Below, piece after piece: positions 9,752 to 19,100 of a stretch of DNA of 64,000 nt (its first letter is position 1; each line of letters begins with the position of its first letter). The notes below the pieces were generated by a model. The model was not told where the DNA came from, searched no databases, and saw nothing but the letters and a program-made list of their open reading frames with translations. Source of the DNA: Candidatus Eiseniibacteriota bacterium. GTDB taxonomy: Bacteria; Eisenbacteria; RBG-16-71-46. A program made the translations under genes and the position numbers. The stretch is taken from positions 937,551-1,001,550 of the forward strand of contig OY970342.1 of the NCBI GenBank assembly GCA_963717505.1. The letters are read 5' to 3'.

Positions 9752-11624
9752 GGGCAGACGCCTCTCGGGTGGTCAGCATTAGAGCGAATTCCCGTCGCGG
9801 GGATCTGAGCATCATCCCAGACTTCTTCTCTTCGGGCACGTTCTTCCCGTGACAGCTCTCGCACTCGTGGGGAACCGGACGCCAGATCACGAGCGGTCCC
9901 TTCGCCGTCTGTTCCGTGCGATGACACGACAGGCACGGTGTGCGGGCATGTTCGCCTTCGAGTTTGAAGGAGGAGTGCCGGTTGTGATCGAACCGTGACG
10001 CGGGCGCGAACGCATCGTTGTCGTGACAGCCCTCGCAAGCGCCCCGGTCTTTACGACCCTTGAACTGGCCGGCGTGGACGTCCTCGTGGCACTCGGTGCA
10101 ACGGGCGCGCTTCTGGGTGAAGGGCAGGGTCCGGCCGTGCGCGGCGCGCAGGGTCGAAGCGGCAGCCGTCGCCTTGAGCTCGGCGTGGCACGCCTGACAT
10201 GGCACGGCCGCGTGCGCGCCCTCGAGCGGGAAGGCGTAGGCGGCGTGGGCCGCGACGTCCACGGCCGAGGGCCGGAACCGATGCACATCGTGACAGGACA
10301 AGCAGGCCTCTTGGGCACCGCGGGCGGTTGCAAAACGCCCGGCGTGCGGGTCACGGTGACAATCGACGCACTTCTCATGCCCGGGGCGCATGCGGACACG
10401 CGCCGGGCCCAGGGTGGCGGCCTCCGCGGCGTTGCCGCGTGCATGGCACAGGCGGCATTCGGTCTCGACGTGCGCCCCCTCCAGTGGATAGCGGGTAGCG
10501 CGATGACTGGCCACGGTGAACGAAGAGTGCTCGAAGGTCGCGACGGTGTGACAGGTCGCGCAGTCGGCCGGCTTCCCGACGATCTGGCCCTGCCCGGCGT
10601 GCTGGTCCTTGTGGCATGAACCGCAGGTTGCGAACGGCGGCTTGGCCCCCCAAGCGCGCTTCGTGTCGTGACAGTCGGCGCATGCGACCTCGGCGTGCTT
10701 CCCTTTGAGCGGGTATCGCGTCAGGTCGTGATCGAATCCCTTTTCGTTGATCACCGCGAATCCCTTGGTCGAGTGGCAGTCCGAGCAGGCGGTCCCGAAT
10801 CGACCCTGATGTACGTCGCGGTGGCAGGAGCTGCATTCGGCGTGGGGCACCGGCCGGTAGCGCGCGTCTTCGGTGAGCTTGGGTGCGTGAGCGGCGGCCA
10901 TGCCGCTGGCCGCAGTTCGGGTGCGGGTTCGCTGGCCTTCGGCCGCGACCACCTGGACTCCCGCAGGGGGATGGCACTTGGCACACTCGACGTCGACGTG
11001 CTTGCCGGTGAGCGCGAAGCGGGATTGATCGTGGTCGAACTTCGCCGCCGGACTCCAACCGTCGAGCCCGTGGCAGGTCTCGCACTTCGACCCTACCTGG
11101 CTGCGATGCACGTCTTTGTGACACGAGACGCAATCGGTCTCGAGGGCGAGCCAGCTCTCGGTATGGTTCTCGACCCGGAGCTTCCCGGAGAGCGGTAGTC
11201 GCTGGTACTTCGGTTCGTGACAGGTTCTGCACTCGACCTTGGCGTGCTTGCCCTCGAGCGGCCAGCCGGCTTCGTTGTGGTCGAAGGCCTCGAGTCCGGC
11301 CTTGCCCCAGGACACCAGGTCGAAGTCGCGCCCGGCGTGATCGGGATGGCAGCTCGCGCAGGCCTGGTCGGCGACCTTGGCATGGTACCCGCGATTCGCG
11401 CTCCTCATGGTCGCGATCTCGGTGTGACAAGCGAGGCAGTTCGCGTCCATCGTCGACTTGCGCCCGGGCGCGACGTGGCACTTGAAGCAGTCGAGCGAGC
11501 CGTCGAGGCTGCGATGCGCATGGGCGAGCGGGCCGGGCGAGATCTGGCCCGCGGCCGGTGCCGCCCACGCGGAGACTCCGACCAGCAGCACCGCCCGCAG
11601 GAATCCGTCACGATGCCACCTCAC
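9735..11624 (-). CDS. Multiheme c-type cytochrome (20 CXXCH)
   Basis: 629 aa. Signal peptide (LRAVLLVGVSAWAAPAAGQ). 20 CXXCH motifs with paired-CXXCH spacing and recurring FDH...[FY]PL.G.H modules. GTG start overlaps the stop of the upstream oxidoreductase by 4 nt. 14-nt gap to the next cytochrome gene. Confidence 0.85.
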   Translation of the reverse strand: MRWHRDGFLRAVLLVGVSAWAAPAAGQISPGPLAHAHRSLDGSLDCFKCHVAPGRKSTMDANCLACHTEIATMRSANRGYHAKVADQACASCHPDHAGRDFDLVSWGKAGLEAFDHNEAGWPLEGKHAKVECRTCHEPKYQRLPLSGKLRVENHTESWLALETDCVSCHKDVHRSQVGSKCETCHGLDGWSPAAKFDHDQSRFALTGKHVDVECAKCHPPAGVQVVAAEGQRTRTRTAASGMAAAHAPKLTEDARYRPVPHAECSSCHRDVHQGRFGTACSDCHSTKGFAVINEKGFDHDLTRYPLKGKHAEVACADCHDTKRAWGAKPPFATCGSCHKDQHAGQGQIVGKPADCATCHTVATFEHSSFTVASHRATRYPLEGAHVETECRLCHARGNAAEAATLGPARVRMRPGHEKCVDCHRDPHAGRFATARGAQEACLSCHDVHRFRPSAVDVAAHAAYAFPLEGAHAAVPCQACHAELKATAAASTLRAAHGRTLPFTQKRARCTECHEDVHAGQFKGRKDRGACEGCHDNDAFAPASRFDHNRHSSFKLEGEHARTPCLSCHRTEQTAKGPLVIWRPVPHECESCHGKNVPEEKKSGMMLRSPRREFALMLTTREASAHDSAH

Positions 11625-13060
11625 GACACCGCGGCCGCTTCATGCGTCGCCGGTTCCAGCGCGATTTCCTTGCGCACGATGCGGACTCCCATCCGCTGCA
11701 GAAACGGGTAGGGGGCTTCCCCCCCGATGCGAACGATGACAAAGTCATTGGGTTGCTCGTACGGAGCGCCATTCTGCTCCAGGATCACCGAATGAGGTCG
11801 GATCTCTCGTACCTGGGTACCGAGCAGGAGCTGGATCCGCTTCTGCTCGACTGCGGCCTTGAGCTTGGCCTGATTGCGCTCCTTCAGCCGCGAGAACTCG
11901 GTTCCGCGATACGAGAGGCTGACGGTCGTGCCCTTCTGGTTCGCGAGCCCGAGCGCCGACTCGATCGCGCTGTCGCCGCCCCCGACCACCAGCATCGACT
12001 GTCCGGCGAACGCCTCCATCTCGATGATGTCGTAGAGCACCTTTTCGGAATCCTCGCCGGGCACCCCCAGACGCCGCGGCGTCCCGCGCCGGCCCATGGC
12101 GAGCACCACAGTGCGCGAACGGACCTCGCGGTCGGCGGTCGAGACCCGGAACATCTCGCCGTCGCGCTCCACGCGCTCGATTCGGTGACCGGTGTTCACG
12201 ATCAGGCCGGTCTTGGCGATGACCGTCTTCCACACGGCCAGCAGCTCTTCCTTCGAGCCGTCCGCCACCCACAAATCGCCGTACAGGGGCATGCGCACCG
12301 GCTCGGCGAACAGCAGCTTCTTGCGCGGGTACTTGTTGATCGTGTCCGAGATCGCCCCCTGCTCCACCACCAGGTAGTGAAGCCCGGATCTCAGGGCCTC
12401 GAGACCGGCGCTCAGTCCTGCAGGGCCCGCACCCACGACCACGATGTCGTAGGCGTGCACGTCGCGATCCCGCCGCGGTTGACTGGGTGGCAGGAGACGA
12501 GCGATGTGCTCGACCGCGAGCTTGCCCTCGTTGACCGCGTTCTTGATCAGCCCGCGACCGCCGAGCTCGCCGACCACGTAGAGCCCGCGAACGTTGGTCT
12601 GAAAGTGCGCATCGACATAGGGCACCTCGAGGCGTTGCACCGCCGCACCCGCGGTGACCACCACCGCGCCTACCGGACATGCGGCTTTGCAGCTCGCGTG
12701 GCCCTTGCACAAGTCCAGATTCACGGTGGCGAGCTTGTTCACCATCACGATGGCCCCTGGCTCCGGGCAGGCGTCGACGCAGGTGCCGCAGCCCACGCAC
12801 AGATCCGATCGCACCACGGCGTGGAGCGGCCCCGAGGCCTCGGGCTCGGGGCCGTCGGCGACGATTGGCGCCAGGACCAGATCGTACGCCTGCATCGGCG
12901 CGTTGCATCGGGGGCAGGCCGAAGCATCGGGGGCCACCATGGTCTTGCACCGGGGGCAGGGCATGCCGGCGTTGCGGCCGGAGCCGCGCTGTCGCATGTG
13001 GAGCACGGCCAGCAGCACCGTGATTCCGGCGAATGCGATCGTTGTTATGAGCATGGTCAC
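11621..13060 (-). CDS. Membrane-anchored ferredoxin-domain / FAD-NAD(P) pyridine-nucleotide-disulfide-family oxidoreductase
   Basis: N-terminal TM helix (MLITTIAFAGITVLLAVL). Cys4 zinc-ribbon (CPRCK...CPRCN). Two 4Fe-4S ferredoxin motifs (CVGCGTCVDACP, CKGHASCKAACP). Then a TrxR-like FAD/NAD-binding fold (VVVGAGPAGLSAG, second Rossmann VVGGGDSAIE). Confidence 0.75.
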   Translation of the reverse strand: MTMLITTIAFAGITVLLAVLHMRQRGSGRNAGMPCPRCKTMVAPDASACPRCNAPMQAYDLVLAPIVADGPEPEASGPLHAVVRSDLCVGCGTCVDACPEPGAIVMVNKLATVNLDLCKGHASCKAACPVGAVVVTAGAAVQRLEVPYVDAHFQTNVRGLYVVGELGGRGLIKNAVNEGKLAVEHIARLLPPSQPRRDRDVHAYDIVVVGAGPAGLSAGLEALRSGLHYLVVEQGAISDTINKYPRKKLLFAEPVRMPLYGDLWVADGSKEELLAVWKTVIAKTGLIVNTGHRIERVERDGEMFRVSTADREVRSRTVVLAMGRRGTPRRLGVPGEDSEKVLYDIIEMEAFAGQSMLVVGGGDSAIESALGLANQKGTTVSLSYRGTEFSRLKERNQAKLKAAVEQKRIQLLLGTQVREIRPHSVILEQNGAPYEQPNDFVIVRIGGEAPYPFLQRMGVRIVRKEIALEPATHEAAAVS

Positions 13061-13070
13061 GAGCGAATCC

Positions 13071-14042
13071 TCAAGACCCGACGGCGCCCATCAGCACCGC
13101 GACCACCACGTGGATCAATATCGCGACCAGCGCGGTGATGGCCACCGGACGATGTGCCACGTGCCAGAGCGCGAACAGTCGCCGGGTGGCTTCGAAAGCG
13201 CGGATCTGGTGGGCCAGAGTCATCTCCCGCCGAGCGAGACGGGTCACTTCCACGAGCTGACCGTGATCGAGCGCCTTGCGTCCCGGACCGGGCCGTGCGA
13301 ACCGCTTGGTCAGGTGCCTCACCGCGCGCCAGCGGGTGAAATCGCTGGTGACCAGCAGGATCAACGCGCGGCCCGTGCCCAATCGCGACGTCGGCGCAGG
13401 ATCCAACACCAGCATCTGCTCCACGTCCGAGGGGAGCAGCCCGGTGGTGGCGGCGATCCGGGTGACGATGGCACGTCGCTCGTTCGAAGCGTCCTCGAGC
13501 GTGAGTTCGAGACCGGCCTGGCTGCGCGGAATGCGTACGTAGAGATAGCGGCCGACGATGCCGCTCAGGACCACGAGCATCATCGCCAGGAAACCGAGGC
13601 CGATCAGCCCCTCGAACCGCCAGCCGGCATGAACCGCAACCAGCCCCGGCAGGGCGAGCCCGGCAACCGTGTGGACGCGCATCCACGAGGGCAGCTTCCC
13701 GGTCCACGCCAGCCAGCGGAACTTCTTGCGCAGCGGGTAGAGCCACATGAACAGGAAGAAGGCGAAGCCCACGATCCCGAACGAGAGTCCGACCGAGCCG
13801 CCCGGCTTGAGCAGGGCGTGCACCGGGTCTCGGACACGCTCACTGCGCTCGGCCACGTAGTAGTGGAGCCAAACCAGCGACAGGGCCGCCGGAATCGCCA
13901 GGAGGACGAGCAGCGACCACCGATCGGCCGTCTCGGAGCGTTGAGCCGGCGCCACCAGCTTGGGTTTTGCGGACACGACCGGGGGCCGGCCAGGGGGCGG
14001 GAACGCAGCCCTTGGCCTGCCCGAAGCAGGTGCCTGTTGCAT
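13071..14042 (-). CDS. Polytopic membrane protein with conserved intramembrane His pairs; candidate b-type heme or electron-transfer membrane subunit
   Basis: 324 aa from the first ATG (MQQAP...). 5-6 predicted TM helices. His residues inside helices (HYY in TM1; H-x13-H in HTVAGLALPGLVAVH; WHVAH and IHVV in the last helix). First gene of the cytochrome operon, 11 nt before the oxidoreductase gene. Confidence 0.45.
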   Translation of the reverse strand: MQQAPASGRPRAAFPPPGRPPVVSAKPKLVAPAQRSETADRWSLLVLLAIPAALSLVWLHYYVAERSERVRDPVHALLKPGGSVGLSFGIVGFAFFLFMWLYPLRKKFRWLAWTGKLPSWMRVHTVAGLALPGLVAVHAGWRFEGLIGLGFLAMMLVVLSGIVGRYLYVRIPRSQAGLELTLEDASNERRAIVTRIAATTGLLPSDVEQMLVLDPAPTSRLGTGRALILLVTSDFTRWRAVRHLTKRFARPGPGRKALDHGQLVEVTRLARREMTLAHQIRAFEATRRLFALWHVAHRPVAITALVAILIHVVVAVLMGAVGS

Positions 14043-14131
14043 GATGCAACGCTCCGTATCGCGGTTTGCGAGGGAAACACACGGAGAAACCTGGCCCGCA
14101 GCCATTGAGGGACGGGGGTAGGCCAGGTCCT

Positions 14132-14147
14132 TGCAGAACAGGTGCCA
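14132..14147 (-). promoter_or_regulatory. Candidate sigma-54 (-24/-12) promoter upstream of the cytochrome operon
   Basis: Minus-strand sequence TGGCACctgtTcTGCA matches TGGCACG-N4-TTGCA at 14/16 positions with the correct GG/GC spacing, about 90 nt upstream of the operon's first start codon. Confidence 0.35.
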
Positions 14148-14199
14148 CAGCGGCCCCACAACTTGTTGTACCAGAAAAGGGGTTCGCGAGTTTCCGAAA

Positions 14200-16068
14200 C
14201 TATCGCGGCGCCGCCCCCTCACTCTCCAGCCAGCCCACGATCTCCCGGGTCTTGTCGTTATCGGGCGCCAGCCTTCGCAAGTGAAGGACTGCGTGCTCGA
14301 CTGCGGCGCGATTGCCGCAATTGATCCCACTCACCCCGACACCGAACCAGGCGATCGTGAGGTTCGAATCGCGCTCGGCGGCGCGCAAGTAGATGTCGAG
14401 GGCCCGGTCGTGTCGGCCGTTCATGGTCTCGGCCATCGCCCAGTGCGTGTGGTTGCGGGCGCTGGGCGCGGCCGCCACTGCCTGTTCGAACGCGCGCGCG
14501 GAGTCCTCGTAGCGCGCCTCGCGAAAGTTCCGCCAGCCGAGAAAGTCCCAGGTGCGAGCGCGATCGACCGCCGGGCGGCCGGGCGGCTCGAGCATCAGGG
14601 CTTCCAGTCGCGCGAAGCCGCGCGCTTCATCGGCGTAGTGCACCAGCCACTGAACGGCCGGGGTCGCGACCGCCGCGATCACCGCGACGGCGAGCCACCC
14701 GCGGCGCGAGCCATCGAGTGCGACCGCGATGCGCCATGCCGACCAGACCGCGAGTGCCACACCGGCGGTTGCGAACGAGTCCCAGTCGCGCACCAGCCCC
14801 TGTGGCGGACGTGCCGCCAGGAACACGAACGCGAACGGAATCGCGATCGACGCGGCGATCCAACCCTGGTCGCGACGTAGCTGTCGGATGGCGGCGTCCG
14901 GCTCCGCGGCGCGCCGGCCGGCGATCGCCGCGATCACGGCCACCAGCAGGGCCGGCGCCAGGAACAGAACCAGGTTCAACACGTCGAGCAGCCGCGTCGG
15001 CTCGAATGCGGCCGCGAGCATTCCACCTCCGGCGCGCGTCTCAGCGGTCGCGAAGTTGGCGCCGAGGTCATAGGTCACGATGGTCCGCCACAGACGCGGC
15101 GCCAGGACGCAGAGCACGGTGATCGGAATGGTGACGGCGAAGAGCGCCGCGGCACCCGGTCCGCCGCGCGCCCTACGAAGCGCTCGAAACCCGATCACCC
15201 AGGTCAGCAGCAGTGCCGGCACCAGCCCGAGCGCAAAGCGATGGAACAAGACGCCGATCGAAACGCATAGTCCGGCGCCGAGCAGCGGTACGCCGACGGC
15301 GGCCGACCCGCTCGCCGCCCGGCTCGCGTCTGCAACTGCGAGCGCGCACGCCGCGAAAGCGACCACCACCACACAGATCTCCGCGAAGGCCTTGCTCTCC
15401 CCCGTGTAGAGACAGAGGTAGCCGCCAAACAGAACCATCGCGGCGGCGGCCGTGGTCGCCGCCGGGCCCACTCGCATCGACCGCGCCAGGAAGATGGCCG
15501 CGGCGCCGAGCAGTGCCGCGCCCACGGCACCGATCACGCGTACGGCGGTGTGGACGTCGGTCCAGCCGGCCGACTGCACCCACCGTGGCAGCGAGTAGTG
15601 CAGCCAGACATCGAGTGGGAATGCCTGCGGCGAGAGCACCGTCGGGTCTTGTCCGTCTCGGAGCCCGCCCAAACGGATCAGGAAGTCCCCGACGAAGTAG
15701 AGACGGTCGGGGAGCGCGAACACGAGGGCGGCGGCAATCACGGCGGCGACCAGGCCACCAAGCGCGGTTCGCGTCTGGATCGCGCGCCCGGCGGCCTCCG
15801 CCAACGGCGCCAGACGGCGGGCCACCGGTGGCGTCAGCGCCGCGGCCGCCAGAACCCACGGCGCCCACGCCCACCAGGGGTCGAGGAAGCGCTGGACGTT
15901 GAGCCCCCACAGGGCCATCGACGGAACGAACGAGACGACGGCGCGGGCGACGAGGAGTGTCACCAGCGCAACCGCAATCGCCGTCGAACGGTGGTCCCGG
16001 GAACGCACTTCGTGGCCGATGGCGCCCCGGTGCGCGCCGGACGCGCCTTGCTGCGCGAGTTTCGCCAT
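14200..16068 (-). CDS. Polytopic membrane protein with C-terminal TPR-like repeats (possible GT-C/PMT-ArnT-like glycosyltransferase)
   Basis: 622 aa. About 12+ hydrophobic helices followed by a soluble C-terminal helical-repeat region (ARYEDSARAFEQAVAAAP...ALDIYLRAAERD). Function inferred only from architecture. Confidence 0.4.
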   Translation of the reverse strand: MAKLAQQGASGAHRGAIGHEVRSRDHRSTAIAVALVTLLVARAVVSFVPSMALWGLNVQRFLDPWWAWAPWVLAAAALTPPVARRLAPLAEAAGRAIQTRTALGGLVAAVIAAALVFALPDRLYFVGDFLIRLGGLRDGQDPTVLSPQAFPLDVWLHYSLPRWVQSAGWTDVHTAVRVIGAVGAALLGAAAIFLARSMRVGPAATTAAAAMVLFGGYLCLYTGESKAFAEICVVVVAFAACALAVADASRAASGSAAVGVPLLGAGLCVSIGVLFHRFALGLVPALLLTWVIGFRALRRARGGPGAAALFAVTIPITVLCVLAPRLWRTIVTYDLGANFATAETRAGGGMLAAAFEPTRLLDVLNLVLFLAPALLVAVIAAIAGRRAAEPDAAIRQLRRDQGWIAASIAIPFAFVFLAARPPQGLVRDWDSFATAGVALAVWSAWRIAVALDGSRRGWLAVAVIAAVATPAVQWLVHYADEARGFARLEALMLEPPGRPAVDRARTWDFLGWRNFREARYEDSARAFEQAVAAAPSARNHTHWAMAETMNGRHDRALDIYLRAAERDSNLTIAWFGVGVSGINCGNRAAVEHAVLHLRRLAPDNDKTREIVGWLESEGAAPR

Positions 16069-16180
16069 GGAGATCGGCGACTATGCCACAGCGCCTCGTG
16101 GTTCGCGGATGGGGCCGACGTCAGGAACGCTCTGTTAGACTGGAGCCCAAACTACTGCTCCCAACTCGCCGCAGGTCCAG

Positions 16181-19100
16181 ATGACCCAAGCACCGACCCA
16201 TCCTGAACCCCGCCGCAGCACCCCTTTTCCCTGGCGCCCGGTGCTTACCGTCCTCCTGGTCCCCGTGGTGCTGGTCGTGGTCCTGGTGGCCGCGCTCCAC
16301 ACGCCGTGGGGCATGAAGACGGTCGCTAATCAGGCTTTGCGGGCGGTGCCCCTGTGGCCCGAGACGCGGCTCGAGGCCGCCGCCGCCCGCGGCGGGTTTG
16401 GCTCGGGCATCGAGCTCTACGGCATCCGCCTGATCGCGCCCAACGGACCTTTGGCGGGCGTCATCGACACGCTGCGCGTGAGCTACCAACTGCACGAGCT
16501 GTTGGGAAACCCGAGGCGCGTACGCGAGATCCGGATCGCCGGACTTCAGTTGCTGGCGAGCCGGCTGCCGCGCGCGGTGGCCAAGGATCGCAAGTCGCGC
16601 GCCGACCGCCGGCCGCCGCAGGTCACCCTGGACCGGCTCGAGCTGCATCGCACCGATCTCGAAATTCACGTTTCATCGTTCGGACGCGACTCGGTGCTGC
16701 TCGTCAAGGGACTCGATCTGACGATGACCGATTTTCGGTTGCACGAGTCGACCTCGCTCGCGCTCGACACGCTGAGCGCGACCCTGGTGTCGCCCGCCGC
16801 CCCGGCCGAGTCCTTGCGCCTCGCGATGCGCGGGCGCCTGACACCGACGCGCCTCGAGCTCGATACATTGTCGATTGCCGGGGTGCGCACCCGAGTCACC
16901 GGTGCGGGAACGCTGCCGGTGAAGGGTGGCGAGGGCGCGAGTTTCGTGGGCGCGGACTTCAGCCTATACGCCCGGCCGCTCGCCGGCGCCGACATCGAGC
17001 GCTTCCTTCCGTTCCTGGGCAATCCGGGCGACCTGACGCTCGGCATGGTCGCCCGCAGCCGGGGCTCGCGGCTGCACGCCACGGTCGACGCGCGCGCCGC
17101 GCGCGGCGGCCACGTCGCACTAGAAGCGACGGTGGCGGCTGCTGGCGGTCCGATTTCGCTGCACACAGACGGGCGTGTGGATGATCTCGATCTCGGCGCA
17201 CTTCGGGGCGGAGCGGCCGACAGCTTGGTGATCGACGCCTCGTGGCGGGCGGAGTTGGATGGGCCGGACCGCGCACACCTTTCGGGCCCGATCGCGCTGA
17301 CCCTCGATGGGTCGCGCGTCGGCGACCTGCGGTTCGACGAAGCCCGAATCGAGGGCGCACTCGCCGACCGTCGCGCAACCGTGAACGCGCGCGCCCGCGG
17401 CGAGGGTTTCGCACTGACCGTCGCCGGCTGGGCGACCCCGCTCGACTCGATCGTCGCCTACGACGCCTCGGCGGTTCTTTCCCTCGCGCGCGTCCCGTAT
17501 CCACCGAGGTCGCCTTTCTCGCCGCCACCCGATTCGCTGGCGGACTCGACGACGTTGTTCGCGGGTGATACCGAGATTCAAATCAGGGGCCGCGGCCTCT
17601 CGGCGGATCGTGCGCAGACGATTGCGACCCTCGAGCTGCGTCCGGATTCGACCACGCCGTCGCTGTTGGGCGCCGGCCGGGTCGCAGCCAACCTCGATGC
17701 GGGGGTCGCGCGCTGGCGAGTCGACCTGCAGGCCACATCGGGTTCGATCCGTGCCAGCGGTGATTTTGGCCTGTCGCCCGAGCTATCGTATCGGATTCAT
17801 CGCGCCGAGATCGCCGGCGTCGACATCGCAGCGTTCGCCGGCGACACCACCGCGAGCCGGCTCGACCTCGTGCTGCGTGCCGAGGGCCGTGGCGCGGAGC
17901 CCGATCGGATTCGGGCGACCGCCGTGATCGATTCCCTGGCGCTGGCTTACGGGATCCATCGGATCGCCGGCGGCACCGCCACGGTGAACCTGGATCGCGG
18001 GCGCGCGCGATTCGAGAGTGCGGTCACCGTGGACCAGGCAACCGTCCAGGCGAGCGGCACGCTCGAGCCCCTGAGCCAACCCAAAGCCGCGCGCATCGCG
18101 TTCGATGTTCGCGACCTCGATCTGGCCAAAGTCACCGGAGACTCCCTGCTCACGAGCCAGCTCGCCGGCCACGTTCGAGCCGAGCTGCGCGGGTCCGATC
18201 TCGCCGCGTGGCTCGGGACACCGACGCGGAATGCAGCGATCGAGTCCGGGCGCGGCCTGGTGCGAATCGAGCTCGAACCATCGTCGGTCGGCGATCAGCA
18301 CATCGCGGTCTTCGACCTGCGCGGCGACCTCGAGCGCGGCACCGTGAAGCTCGGGGGGCGACTCGAGTCCTCGTTCGGCGAGGTGCGACTCGCCGGGACC
18401 GCACGTCCGTTCGATGCGGTTCCGACGCTGCGGCTCACCCCGCTCGCCTTCTCGTCGTTCTCGCCCCTGCTGTTGGTCGGCCGCCCGGACCCCGCGCTCG
18501 AATTCGAAGGCCGGCTCGACGCCGAATTGTCGGGACGGAGTCTCGCCGAGCTCAGCGGCAACCTCGATCTCGTGCTCGACGGGTCGCGGGTGAACTCGAT
18601 GACCTTCGATCAGCTCGCCGTTCATTCGCGCATGGGCGAAGGGACCATCGAGACCCACCTCACTGCGCGCGCCGCGGATGATTCGGCCGACGTGGCGTTG
18701 ATCGGCGCGCCGTTCCTGGATCCGCGTCGCTTGCACGCCGCCGGACGGATTCGGTCGGTCGGCCTGGCCTCTATGTTGGGCATCGATTCGGTCCGTGCCG
18801 GCGCCGGCCTCGAGTTCACCTTCGACGGCCGTCAACCGCGGGGCGGTGGCGTGGACGATCTCGTACTTTCGGGGTCGGTGGCGGGTAACGCTTGGCTGGG
18901 CGAGGCGCGCCTCGACACGGTTGCGGGCGAGTTCAACGTCGAGCACGGCGTTGCGCAGGTGCCTCGTCTCGCGTTGCGCGGCAACGTGCTGAATGCCGAC
19001 GGTGGCGGCCGGGTGGTGCTGCCGCGATCCCGGTCGCGCGAGGCCACGGACGTTCGCCTCACGGGAACGCTGGACCGCATTGAACTGCTGCCTCCCCTCC

